A stretch of DNA of 58,525 bases from Candidatus Nealsonbacteria bacterium (GTDB lineage: Bacteria > Patescibacteriota > Minisyncoccia > Minisyncoccales > PWPS01): assembly GCA_003551435.1 (NCBI GenBank), contig PUMQ01000004.1, positions 1 through 58,525 on the forward strand. Reading direction: 5' to 3'. This document shows, one piece after another, positions 50,395-58,525 of the stretch. The notes beneath the pieces are model-generated. The model did no database searches. It was not told the DNA's origin and saw only the letters and a list, made by a program, of their open reading frames with translations. Numbering within the stretch: position 1 is the first letter of the stretch; each line of letters starts with the position of its first letter. Made by a program: the position numbers and the translations under genes.

Positions 50395-52662
50395 TTATTC
50401 CGGAAGAGATCTGATGAACGCTTCTACAACGGGTGCCGCTTCCGGCTGAAAATCAAGCGCTTTTAAGGCGTATTCTCTTGCTCTTTGGTAATCTCCCGTT
50501 TCTTTATAGGCGGCGGCGATGGAAGAGTAGTGCTGTGCTTCCTCGGGCTGCTCTTCTATCATTATCAGATAAAGAGGAATGAGCGCTTTGTAGTTTTCCG
50601 TGTAAATATGGTGATTTATAATAAGCTGGAGTTCAAGAGCGATGTCTACTTCCCTTTTTCTTGCTTCTTCAAGCGCTTCTTTGGCGTTTTCTTTTCCGAG
50701 TATGGAAAGAGACACTCCTTTGGCAAAAAAGCACTCTCCTTCTTCTCCCAAGCTAAGGCACTCCTCGGCGCTTTCAAGTGATTTTTGTAAGTTGTCTTTT
50801 CTTAAATAGAGAAGCGCCAGCCGTCCTTTGGTGGTATATCTGTTGGGGCTTATCTCCTCTGCCCTTAAGAGTGCTTCTATTGCCGTTTCAAGCGTTTCTT
50901 CTCTGTCTTTGGTATAGGGAATGAGGTTTAGTGCCGCTCCGGCAAGGTTGCTCCATCCTCTAGTAAAGGTGGGCCTTTCTTCGGTTACTTTTTTGAACAT
51001 TTCAAAGATTTCCTTCCTGTTTTCTTCTTCTTCAACGCAATTCTCCAAGATAAGGCCCTTTCTAAAGAAGATATGGGAATTTATGGGGGTTTCTATCTCT
51101 GTGGCTTTTTCCGCCAAGCTTACTGCCGCTTGGCACTCTCCTATTTCCGAGTACTTTTCTGCCACGGTAATGTCTCTGTTTGCAGAAAGCATGGAGAAAT
51201 TGAGGTTTGCAAAGTAAAGATAAAAAGGAATGGAAATGATAAGAAAAACATATCCGTATTTAGAGAAGCGCTCTCTTTTTCCCAGCTCTTCTTTCATATC
51301 CGCCTCCTTTTCCTTAATACAGAGGTGAAAGATGTATCCCATGGCTACTGCAAAAACAAGGTAAATGGCAAAATCGTCAACGGTAAAGAAGTTGGCGACA
51401 AAAAATGTAATCAGCGTCGCTTTCATTGCATGACTCCCTATATCCTCCCTCTCTCTTTCTTCTTTCTCTTTTTCCGCATACTCTTTTGATTTTTTCATCA
51501 GAGCGAGAAAAAGAGAGATAAATACCAGGAAAAGGGCTCCCATTGCCGGAAATCCTCCCCAGACACCTATTTCCAAAGGAAGATTGTGCGCTTTGTCCCA
51601 CCAACCTTCTTTTTGAATGTAAGGTGCGTCCGGATGGTAGTGCCGGTCAAAAGCGTAAGCAAAGTTCTCCGGCCCGTACCCGGTAATCGGTTTTTCTTTG
51701 ATTGCTTCCCAGGAAATAATAAATCCTCCAATACGCGGATCTTCAAGTGCCCTTTGTACGTCCATTCTCCGGGTTAACTGATAGAGAAAAGGAGTATTTT
51801 CAACAAACTGCGGAAGAGGGGCCGTATTTACGAAATAAACGAGGAATCCGGCTAGTAACACACAACCCAAAAGCCCTGCCTTGAGAAACTTGAAAACTTT
51901 TTCTTTCCTCGGGAAAAAAAGAGCAAAGAAAAGAGCTCCGGCAAGAAGCCCCAAAACAGCCGCGCGGGTAAAAGTGAGAAGAACTCCGAAGAAAATGAAA
52001 AGGAGGGCTACAGAGTAAATGGTTTTCCACCTTTTTTCAGTTTCTTTTAAGAGAAATCCTAAAAGAGGGAAGAAGAGAAGAGCAAGGTAAACACCAAGAA
52101 TTGTAGGGTTGCCGAAAGTGGCAAAAGGCCGGCGGGCCGCTTGGACCACCCACTGCTCAAACCATCCCTGCCACTGGAGAAGGGCAAAAAATACTGCCAC
52201 CACTCCGGTAAAAAAGAGAGTGTTCCATACAAGTTTCCAGTTTTTTTTGTCCAAAAGAAAGTAAAGAAAGTAGCCGAAAACAAACAGAAGGAAGAAATTT
52301 AAAAGCCCTCCTCCCCGAGAAGGGCTTCCGAAAATGCTGAAATTGGAATCTACGGAGAATATCAGTGAAAAAACAAGAGCAAAAAGGAGAATGAGAGGGG
52401 CAAAAAAGAAAAGCCCTTTCTCTGCCCTTATTTTACCGATAATTCTTCTGAAAATAATGGCGTTTTTGCTAAAAAAAGCGCCGTAAAGGAAAAAAAGCAA
52501 AAGCACTCCAAAAACAATGCGGAAAAGGATTGCTTTTCCGAAAGCGGGAGGGGAGAATAAAGGAGGGTGGCTCAAGAGAGCGCCGGCAAGGAGAATAAGA
52601 ATAATTCCCGCTTTATAAACAGAAGGCAGCTCGCCTACGGCATTTATTATTTTTTTCCCCAT
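50395..52662 (-). CDS. O-antigen ligase/polymerase-like (Wzy_C) membrane protein fused to C-terminal TPR repeats
   Basis: Polytopic N-terminal ~480 aa with WDKAHNLPLEIGVWGG (Wzy_C-like H-N motif), then ~270 aa of TPR-like repeats. ATG 52662 (MGKKIIN). Confidence 0.7.
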   Translation of the reverse strand: MGKKIINAVGELPSVYKAGIILILLAGALLSHPPLFSPPAFGKAILFRIVFGVLLLFFLYGAFFSKNAIIFRRIIGKIRAEKGLFFFAPLILLFALVFSLIFSVDSNFSIFGSPSRGGGLLNFFLLFVFGYFLYFLLDKKNWKLVWNTLFFTGVVAVFFALLQWQGWFEQWVVQAARRPFATFGNPTILGVYLALLFFPLLGFLLKETEKRWKTIYSVALLFIFFGVLLTFTRAAVLGLLAGALFFALFFPRKEKVFKFLKAGLLGCVLLAGFLVYFVNTAPLPQFVENTPFLYQLTRRMDVQRALEDPRIGGFIISWEAIKEKPITGYGPENFAYAFDRHYHPDAPYIQKEGWWDKAHNLPLEIGVWGGFPAMGALFLVFISLFLALMKKSKEYAEKEKEEREREDIGSHAMKATLITFFVANFFTVDDFAIYLVFAVAMGYIFHLCIKEKEADMKEELGKRERFSKYGYVFLIISIPFYLYFANLNFSMLSANRDITVAEKYSEIGECQAAVSLAEKATEIETPINSHIFFRKGLILENCVEEEENRKEIFEMFKKVTEERPTFTRGWSNLAGAALNLIPYTKDREETLETAIEALLRAEEISPNRYTTKGRLALLYLRKDNLQKSLESAEECLSLGEEGECFFAKGVSLSILGKENAKEALEEARKREVDIALELQLIINHHIYTENYKALIPLYLIMIEEQPEEAQHYSSIAAAYKETGDYQRAREYALKALDFQPEAAPVVEAFIRSLPE

Positions 52663-52777
52663 ATTTTTTCTTTTAGGGCGTTGCAAAACCTCGGTTAAGC
52701 AACGGTAAAACAACAACTGTTTTAAAATCTGCGGGGATTATAACCCGTCTTCCTTTTTTTATCAAATCCCAAAGACT

Positions 52778-52798
52778 TGCAAAGGTCCGACCTTCGCA
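52778..52798. repeat. Palindromic repeat copy in inverted orientation (TGCAAAGGTCCGACCTTCGCA)
   Basis: The central asymmetric base is reversed (GGTCCGACC versus GGTCGGACC elsewhere). Confidence 0.8.
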
Positions 52799-52832
52799 AA
52801 ATGTGCGGTATTTTGTCTTTTGTCTTTTTTCG

Positions 52833-52841
52833 TGGTAAAAT
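52833..52841 (+). promoter_or_regulatory. Extended -10 promoter (TGgTAAAAT)
   Basis: The same 9-mer occurs at 380-388 and 56910-56918. It lies 33 nt upstream of ATG 52874. Confidence 0.4.
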
Positions 52842-52873
52842 TGCCGAGATTTTAAAATTAAATTTAAATTAAA

Positions 52874-53707
52874 ATGGCAGAAAAAATTAAAGCGGGGATT
52901 GCCGGCACGGGAATGGTCGGCGGAGCTCTGGAGAAGTACCTTGAAAAAAGAGGGGGCGTTGAAATTTTTGTTTACGACAAAGGGCAAAAAAGAGGCTCCA
53001 TGGAGGAGGTAAACAAAGCGGATACTGTTTTTATTTGCGTTCCAACCCCATACCAAGAAGAAGCAGGGGGATTTGATTTAAGTTATGTGGAAGAAACGTG
53101 CCAGAACCTGAAAGGTGAAAAAACGGTAGTTATCAAATCTACCGTTTTGCCGGGAACCACGGAAATTTTGCAAAAAAAATATCCCGCCCACAGGTTTCTG
53201 TTTAATCCCGAGTTTCTGGTGGAAGCCAAAGCTCAAGAGACAATGGAAAAGCCCGACAGGCAGATTATGGGATATACCGAAAAAAGCCTAGAGGAAGCGG
53301 AAAAAGTAATGGAAATTCTCCCGGACGCTCCTTATAAAAAGACAATGCCCGCTACCGAGGCGGAAATGGTTAAGTATTTCGGAAACAATTTTCTTTCCGT
53401 AAAGGTAATTTTTGGAAATTTAATGTACGATATCTGCCAAAACTTGGGCATTGATTACGATATGGTCAGAGAAGCGGCTTCCAAAGACCCGCGAGTAGGC
53501 CCGAGTCACCTTGAAATTTTCCACGGAGGGTATAAAGGATATGGCGGGAAATGCCTTCCGAAAGACACCAAAGCGCTTATCCAGCTTGCCAAAACCGTGG
53601 GGGCGGACGCTGGTCTTTTGGAAAAAGTGGAAGAAATAAATAACCGCCTTATGAAAGAACAGGGGATAGATGATCCGGAAAAATACTCGGAAAGAAACCC
53701 CTATTAA
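52874..53707 (+). CDS. UDP-glucose/GDP-mannose dehydrogenase-family protein lacking the C-terminal UDP-binding domain
   Basis: Rossmann fold IAGTGMVGGAL, VPTP, STVLPGTT, NPEFLVEAKA, and the catalytic-Cys motif GGKCLPKD. Only ~45 aa follow the Cys, and the stop abuts a heptamer repeat element. Confidence 0.7.
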   Translation: MAEKIKAGIAGTGMVGGALEKYLEKRGGVEIFVYDKGQKRGSMEEVNKADTVFICVPTPYQEEAGGFDLSYVEETCQNLKGEKTVVIKSTVLPGTTEILQKKYPAHRFLFNPEFLVEAKAQETMEKPDRQIMGYTEKSLEEAEKVMEILPDAPYKKTMPATEAEMVKYFGNNFLSVKVIFGNLMYDICQNLGIDYDMVREAASKDPRVGPSHLEIFHGGYKGYGGKCLPKDTKALIQLAKTVGADAGLLEKVEEINNRLMKEQGIDDPEKYSERNPY

Positions 53708-53841
53708 CTGACAAATAACCAATGACAAATGACAAATGACAATTTTATCTAACAATCAAATGTCAAGTGTTAAATGTTAAATGTTGTTAGTAGTCATAAG
53801 TCATGGGTCATAAGTCATAGGTCATAGGTCATAAGCCATAT
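53706..53841. repeat. Composite heptanucleotide-repeat element: 5 x (A/C)AATGAC-type units, 52-nt spacer containing GTTAAAT x2, 7 x GTCATAR
   Basis: The left array (53706-53740) overlaps the TAA stop. The middle has GTTAAAT GTTAAAT GTTGTTA (53769-89). The right array (53793-53841) runs into the ATG at 53840. The right arrays here and at 20405-20453 both have 7 units ending GTCATAA GCCATA. Confidence 0.9.
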
Positions 53842-55630
53842 GTCAGATATTCTTAAAAAACTACTGGAGATTCTTCCTTCCAAAGACAAGGCGAAGCTGG
53901 GAATTCTTGCCGTTATGATGCTTGTGGGAGGGTTTCTGGAGGTTTTCAGTATCGGGATTATTGCCGGATTTGTGGCTGTGGTTGCCGATCCGGGCATTCT
54001 TTTTGATATAGAGCCCCTAAAGAGAGTGCTTAACTTTCTTGGTATTGAAACTTCAAGAGACATTCTTTTTTACGGAGCGATTTTTCTGATTATCGTTTTT
54101 TTGCTTAAAAACGCCTATATCGTTTTTTATAAATACGTTAAAGCGCGTTTCATCTATCACCGCTACAAATCAATTTCAAGGAAGCTCTTCGGAATTTATA
54201 TGAACGTTCCTTACTCTTTCCATTTAAGAAGAAACAGCGCCGATCTTACCCGGAATGTGGTCACCGAAGCAAAAGCGCTGGCTACCAATGTTATGCTTCC
54301 TGTTTTGGAAATTGCCACCGAAACGGTGATGATTTTGGGGGTAATTACTCTTCTTTTTGTGGTTGAGCCTACGGTTACTTTGGTAACTATTTTTCTTTTG
54401 GGGGGAGTGAGCGCTCTTTTCTTAAAAGTGGTGAGAGGACGGACCAAAAAGCACGGAGAAAGGGCGCTTGAAGAGAGGGCGAGGATAATAAAAACGGTAA
54501 ACGAGGGAGTGGGAGGATTTAAAGACGCTACCGTAATGAACAGACAGAACTGGTTTACAAAGAGATTTGAAAAAAGCGTGGATGCTCTCTCTAGAGCGGA
54601 GATATTCAGGCAGGCGGTCAAGGCAACGGTACGCCCGGTAATAGAAACTATCGCCGTTTTGGGGGTTCTTCTTATCGCCCTTCTTCTTTTGAACAAAGGG
54701 TACTCTATCGGAGCTTTGGCTTCCGTTCTTGCTTTGTTTGTTCTCTCTATTCAACGCCTTCTTCCCGCTATAAACAGCATTGTCGGCAACTACAACAGTT
54801 TGCGCTACCACGCTTATGCCCTACAGCCGATATACGAGGATATGACCGCTCTTAAAGAGTATGAAGAAAAAAAGAGAGAGTTTGTTAAAGATAAAATGCC
54901 CCTAAAAGAGAGCATAGAAGTTAGGAAAGTTACCTTTGTTTACCCGGAAACAAAAGAGGAAGTGCTAAAAGACGTCTCTCTTTCTGTTAAAAAGGGTTCT
55001 GCTATCGGGCTTGTGGGAGCTACCGGTTCAGGGAAAACGACCCTTGTTGACCTGATTTTAGGGCTTTTAGAGCCTACCAAGGGAGAGGTTTTAGTTGACG
55101 GGAAGGATATAAAAGAAAGTGTTAACGAGTGGCAGGAAAATATCGGCTATATCCCCCAGTTTATCTATCTTTCCGACGACAGTATTCGCAACAACATTGC
55201 TTTTGGCATTGATGAAGAAAAAATAGACGAAAAAAGAATAAAAGAGGCGGTAAAAGCGGCCCGGCTTGACGAGTTTGTGAAGAGTTTGCCCGAAGGGCTT
55301 AGCACTTTCATAGGAGAAAGGGGAATTCGCTTGAGTGGAGGCCAAAGACAGAGAATAGGAATTGCCCGAGCTCTTTACAACGATCCGGAAGTGCTTGTTA
55401 TGGACGAAGCGACCTCCTCTTTGGACAATGTAACAGAAAAGTTCGTCATAGAGGCGATAGAACGGCTCAAAAAAGAGCGTACCCTTATTATCATCGCCCA
55501 CCGGCTTACCACCGTTAAGAACTGTGATACCCTTTATCTTATAAAAAAAGGTAAAATAGCCGCTCAAGGGAGCTACGAAAAGCTTTTAGAAAACAAAGAC
55601 TTCAAAGAAATGACCGACTCGGGGAAATAG
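53840..55630 (+). CDS. ABC exporter, fused permease and ATPase (MsbA-like)
   Basis: Six-TM N-terminal domain, Walker A GATGSGKTT, signature LSGGQRQRIGIARAL, Walker B VLVMDEATSSLD. Confidence 0.9.
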   Translation: MSDILKKLLEILPSKDKAKLGILAVMMLVGGFLEVFSIGIIAGFVAVVADPGILFDIEPLKRVLNFLGIETSRDILFYGAIFLIIVFLLKNAYIVFYKYVKARFIYHRYKSISRKLFGIYMNVPYSFHLRRNSADLTRNVVTEAKALATNVMLPVLEIATETVMILGVITLLFVVEPTVTLVTIFLLGGVSALFLKVVRGRTKKHGERALEERARIIKTVNEGVGGFKDATVMNRQNWFTKRFEKSVDALSRAEIFRQAVKATVRPVIETIAVLGVLLIALLLLNKGYSIGALASVLALFVLSIQRLLPAINSIVGNYNSLRYHAYALQPIYEDMTALKEYEEKKREFVKDKMPLKESIEVRKVTFVYPETKEEVLKDVSLSVKKGSAIGLVGATGSGKTTLVDLILGLLEPTKGEVLVDGKDIKESVNEWQENIGYIPQFIYLSDDSIRNNIAFGIDEEKIDEKRIKEAVKAARLDEFVKSLPEGLSTFIGERGIRLSGGQRQRIGIARALYNDPEVLVMDEATSSLDNVTEKFVIEAIERLKKERTLIIIAHRLTTVKNCDTLYLIKKGKIAAQGSYEKLLENKDFKEMTDSGK

Positions 55631-55646
55631 TTTTTAAAAATCAATT

Positions 55647-55955
55647 ATGGAAGTTGTATTCTACGGGAAATCTGTACAAAAATTTATAAAATCACTAAAT
55701 AAATCAACTGTTGCAAAAACTATCCGTACAGTGGAACTCTTAGAGTGCTTCGGGAATAAACTTGGCATGCCATATAGCAAAAAGATAGACGAAAATCTTT
55801 TTGAGCTGAGAATAAGAGGGTCTCAAGAAGTAAGGATTATCTTTACTTTTAGTAAAAATAAAGCAATTCTTCTTCACGGATTTATCAAGAAAGAGCAAAA
55901 AATACCTAAACGTCATCTTAGAATAGCATGGGAAAGGAAAAGGGGGCTTGACTAA
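55647..55955 (+). CDS. higB: Gp49/HigB-type (RelE superfamily) toxin
   Basis: 102 aa: ..FIKSL.....AKTIRTVELLE..G..L.MPYSKKIDENLFELRIRG.QEVRIIFTF..NKAILLHGFIKK.QKIPK, typical of phage Gp49-like toxins. Confidence 0.75.
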   Translation: MEVVFYGKSVQKFIKSLNKSTVAKTIRTVELLECFGNKLGMPYSKKIDENLFELRIRGSQEVRIIFTFSKNKAILLHGFIKKEQKIPKRHLRIAWERKRGLD

Positions 55956-55984
55956 TATAACGTATATGATATACTTCCTTTACT

Positions 55985-56263
55985 ATGAAAAAAAATAGTT
56001 TCAAAAATTTTAAAAAAGAGGTTTTGAAGGATAAAGAGACCAAGCGTTATTATGACGAACTTGGTTTTGAATTTGAATTGATCCGGCTCTTAATAGAGAA
56101 AAGAAACAAAAAAGGCCTAACTCAAAAAGAATTGGCTGAAAAGAGCGGTACCAAGCAATCGGCTATTGCTCGTCTTGAGTCCGGAAAATACAATCCATCA
56201 CTTTCTTTTTTAAACAAAATTGCTAAAGCTTTGGACATAAAAATTAGAGTTGATGCAACATAG
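55985..56263 (+). CDS. higA: XRE-family HTH antitoxin (HigA-like)
   Basis: KGLTQKELAEKSGTKQSAIARLESGKYNPSLSFLNKIAKAL, a Cro/C1-type HTH, located downstream of the toxin as in HigBA loci. Confidence 0.8.
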   Translation: MKKNSFKNFKKEVLKDKETKRYYDELGFEFELIRLLIEKRNKKGLTQKELAEKSGTKQSAIARLESGKYNPSLSFLNKIAKALDIKIRVDAT

Positions 56264-56302
56264 AGCCTATTGCTTAACTCTGGGTTTTGCAACAGGCTAA
56301 AA

Positions 56303-56328
56303 AAGGTTGACAGCAAACCTTTTTTTTG
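56303..56328 (+). terminator. Intrinsic terminator after higA
   Basis: AAGGTT-GACAGCA-AACCTT followed by TTTTTTT. Confidence 0.7.
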
Positions 56329-56421
56329 TTAGGTTGCCTCCCTAGAGCCGTTATCCACTAACGTCTCTTTATAAAGAGTGGATGGTCGATGACGGTAAAT
56401 TAAAATAAGTTTCATTAAAAC

Positions 56422-56793
56422 ATGAATATCCTAAAATTAACCGCCTATATCACCGTTCTTGCTCTTGTATTCGCTGTGGTGGGAGTTTCTTCTGTTTCCG
56501 GACAGGGGCTTTCAATGATAGAAATAGACGATGAAGTGTTTCCGGTAGACAACGAGCAGTTGGAGGAAGAGTGGGATGAGCCGGCAGATGAGCCGGTGGA
56601 CGAAGATCCTCTCCCGGCACCCGACAGAGTACCGGTAGAGGTTGATGAAGATCCCGAGCTTATATTTGACGAAGAGCCGGTAGAGGTTGACGAATTTGAG
56701 GAAGAGATGGACGGGGGAATGACCGTCCTTGTCGTTGTCGCCATTGTTATTATCGCAGGAGTTATCTTCTACGTTATGCGCTCTAAGAAGTAA
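56422..56793 (+). CDS. Secreted or anchored acidic Asp/Glu/Pro-rich protein with a C-terminal TM anchor
   Basis: Signal-like N-terminus, a highly acidic middle (EEEWDEPADEPVDEDPLPAPD..), and a C-terminal VLVVVAIVIIAGVIFYVM followed by RSKK. Confidence 0.5.
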   Translation: MNILKLTAYITVLALVFAVVGVSSVSGQGLSMIEIDDEVFPVDNEQLEEEWDEPADEPVDEDPLPAPDRVPVEVDEDPELIFDEEPVEVDEFEEEMDGGMTVLVVVAIVIIAGVIFYVMRSKK

Positions 56794-56820
56794 AAGAGAA
56801 TGGCATAGAAAAATAACAGT

Positions 56821-56845
56821 CCCCGCTATTTTTTAGCGGGGTTTT
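56821..56845 (+). terminator. Intrinsic terminator
   Basis: CCCCGCT-ATTTTTT-AGCGGGG followed by TTTT. Confidence 0.75.
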
Positions 56846-57029
56846 GTTAACTTTGATAAAATAAGTAAAGATTTCCAAAAAGAGCGGTTTTTCTTTTCCT
56901 CTTTCTGTGGTAAAATCCCCAAACACTGCCTATAAATCACCGGCCGTCTTGCAAAAAAAGAGTGAGAAGCCAAAAAAATTAAAAACTACGCGGAAAGTGA
57001 ATGGCTAATGAGAAGCAAAAGGAAGACTC

Positions 57030-57066
57030 TTGACTTTTATTTCCTTTAGTATACAATTATTGTATA
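57030..57066 (+). promoter_or_regulatory. Promoter (TTGACT-N16-TACAAT) overlapped by a 17-bp perfect palindrome TATACAAT-T-ATTGTATA (putative AbiEi operator)
   Basis: TTGACT at 57030-35 and TACAAT at 57052-57. The palindrome spans 57050-57066, 16 nt upstream of ATG 57082. Confidence 0.6.
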
Positions 57067-57081
57067 TCAAAAGAAACGCTT

Positions 57082-57735
57082 ATGAACAAAAAACATAATA
57101 ATATCTCCAGAGCAAAGGAAGTAAAGGAGCTTGTCAAAAGCATGCCCTATTTCACAATACAGAGCCTGTCTTCTTTAAATATAAAAGAGTATTATCTGAA
57201 AATAATACTTTCTAGACTAAAGAAAAAAGGAGAGATTGTTTCTTTAAAAAGAGGAGTATATGTTTCTCGCGGATATTTGGAGGAGATGAAAAATAAAAAT
57301 GTTTGGAATGGCTATATGGAGTTTTTGTGCGGTGTCTTGTATTCTCCTTCCTATTTAAGTCTGGAGTACGTTTTAAATGAAAACAATATTTTAAGTGAAA
57401 GCTCTTTTGGTTTTTCAATGATAAGCGTCAAAAAGACCAATAAGATTAAAAACGAACTGGGAGATTTTTATTATTATAATATAAAAGAAGATTTGTTTTG
57501 CGGGTTTAAAACGGAAGAAAAAAGCGGTTTTTTCGTCTATAAAGCTACCGTCGGAAAGGCCTTGTTTGACTTCCTATACCTGAGGAAAAATACTATTTTT
57601 AGCAAAGATTTTCTGGATTCACTGAGAATAAACAAAGGGCAGATAGGGGAAGATGACTTTAAAGAGTTTAAAAAATACGCAGAAAAGGAGGGGAGCGAAA
57701 AAATGAAAAAAATAACCAAATTTTATGCGGGCTAA
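57082..57735 (+). CDS. abiEi: AbiEi-family (type IV TA) antitoxin / transcriptional regulator
   Basis: The N-terminal wHTH-like region ..YYLKIILSRLKKKGEIVSLKRGVYVS is typical of AbiEi_4-type antitoxins. The gene overlaps the downstream AbiEii gene by 11 nt. Confidence 0.65.
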   Translation: MNKKHNNISRAKEVKELVKSMPYFTIQSLSSLNIKEYYLKIILSRLKKKGEIVSLKRGVYVSRGYLEEMKNKNVWNGYMEFLCGVLYSPSYLSLEYVLNENNILSESSFGFSMISVKKTNKIKNELGDFYYYNIKEDLFCGFKTEEKSGFFVYKATVGKALFDFLYLRKNTIFSKDFLDSLRINKGQIGEDDFKEFKKYAEKEGSEKMKKITKFYAG

Positions 57736-58525
57736 GGCGATATTGGAAAAAATTGTAGAAGAAAACAGGGATAAGCCGGATTTCTATGTCCGGAATCTTT
57801 TAAGGGAATATCTCCAAATTTTAATCTTGCACCATATCTATTCTTGTGAAAAATACAGAGAGCTGTTTTTTTACGGTGGGACTTGTTTGGCACACTGCCA
57901 TAATTTGCCTCGTCTTTCGGAAGATTTGGATTTTGTGGATACAAAAAGAGAAGTGGATATATATGCTTTAGCGGAAGATGCAAGGCTTTTTTTGGAAAAA
58001 GAAGCGGGGCTTGCTCCCGAGACCAAGATTCAAAAGTTTCGTGTTTATTTTAAGTTTCCCGTGTTAAAAAGCTTAGGTCTTGCAAAAAGTAAGGCGGAAT
58101 CGGACCACCTTTTTGTAAGGATAGAAGTGTTTTCCGATTTTGATTTTTGTAGCGGATTTAAAGAAGAATTTAAGCCTATATTCAAATTCAATTATCCGAT
58201 ACTTGTAAAAACTTTCGATCTTCCGACTTTGATGTCCACCAAAATAAGGGCCGTCCTTTATAGAAAATGGGAAAAGACAAGTAAAACGGGAGAAACATTG
58301 GTGAGAGCGAAAGGAAGAGATTTCTTTGATTTAATTTGGTTCTTACAGAAGAACGTGGAACCCAATTTTCACTGCATTGAAAAGGTAAAAAACAAAAGGG
58401 AGCTGAAGGAGGAGCTTTTGAAAAGAATAGAAAGCGTAGATGAGAGAAGCGTGTCTCTTGACTTGAAAAATTTTGTGGCCGATAGTAATTTCGCGGATAA
58501 TTTAGGGAAAAACGTTAAAGAAATA
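57725..58525 (+). CDS. abiEii: AbiEii/AbiGii-family nucleotidyltransferase toxin (3' end outside window)
   Basis: Open frame from ATG 57725 to the end of the window; it is absent from the supplied ORF track. FFYGGTCLAHCHNLPRLSEDLDFVD matches the GG(T/S)AL...R.S.D(I/L)DF nucleotidyltransferase motif. Confidence 0.75.
   Translation, partial: MRAKAILEKIVEENRDKPDFYVRNLLREYLQILILHHIYSCEKYRELFFYGGTCLAHCHNLPRLSEDLDFVDTKREVDIYALAEDARLFLEKEAGLAPETKIQKFRVYFKFPVLKSLGLAKSKAESDHLFVRIEVFSDFDFCSGFKEEFKPIFKFNYPILVKTFDLPTLMSTKIRAVLYRKWEKTSKTGETLVRAKGRDFFDLIWFLQKNVEPNFHCIEKVKNKRELKEELLKRIESVDERSVSLDLKNFVADSNFADNLGKNVKEI

Noticed and set aside
56351-56383. Inverted pair of DnaA-box-like sequences (TTATCCAC ... 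GTGGAT) as a possible replication origin
   Set aside because: There are only two boxes, which form a simple hairpin. There is no dnaA or dnaN nearby, no AT-rich unwinding element and no box cluster.
1-58525. Alternative genetic code (UGA recoded, as in some candidate phyla)
   Set aside because: Several well-supported genes end in TGA at positions consistent with full-length homologs, for example nrdD and lepB. Code 11 therefore fits.

Overview
Compact 58.5-kb chromosomal window with about 60 protein genes, mostly on the + strand. I saw no rRNA, tRNA or CRISPR array. TGA is used as a stop codon, so the standard bacterial code applies. The gene content suggests a small-genome uncultivated bacterium (Patescibacteria/CPR-like); this is inference only. 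That content is short housekeeping genes, an S21-YbeY-FtsA-FtsZ block, ComEC, FISUMP-type and PG-binding surface proteins, many small membrane proteins and several toxin-antitoxin pairs. Genes I recognise: hup, csp, rnr, tgt, topA, pth, lepB, hisS, a HIT protein, rpsU, ybeY, ftsA, ftsZ, nrdD/nrdG and comEC. Also recognised: a MacAB-like HlyD/ABC/FtsX/FtsX operon running on through dgkA and htrA, clpB, a CapA-like protein, an ECF sigma module, an envelope-glycan cluster (Wzy-TPR ligase, short UDP-sugar dehydrogenase, MsbA-like exporter), HigBA, AbiEi/AbiEii and a RhuM-Doc fusion. Observations most worth a second look: (1) nrdD is interrupted by two LAGLIDADG inteins. (2) Two GC-rich, highly structured candidate ncRNAs (18808-19033 and 38676-38956) each run from a consensus promoter to a terminator. 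Their G.U pairs work only on the + strand, and I cannot assign either to a known RNA family. (3) Composite intergenic elements made of inverted heptanucleotide arrays, (AAATGAC)n-spacer-(GTCATAR)7, fill the gap from stop codon to start codon at two loci, with a miniature third copy. (4) A palindromic repeat, TGCGAAGGTCGGACCTTCGCA, occurs in at least 13 copies at 7 gene-end loci. (5) Four paralogous ~200-aa V4R-like Cys/His proteins sit next to membrane-protein genes. (6) A 2.3-kb island of small genes (41.8-44.1 kb) has duplicated promoters, zinc-ribbon miniproteins and a terminator/antiterminator leader with an Ile/Phe/Leu-rich leader ORF. (7) FtsZ ends at its globular core and has no C-terminal tail. 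No homology or structure search could be run, so every family assignment comes from motifs read by eye.
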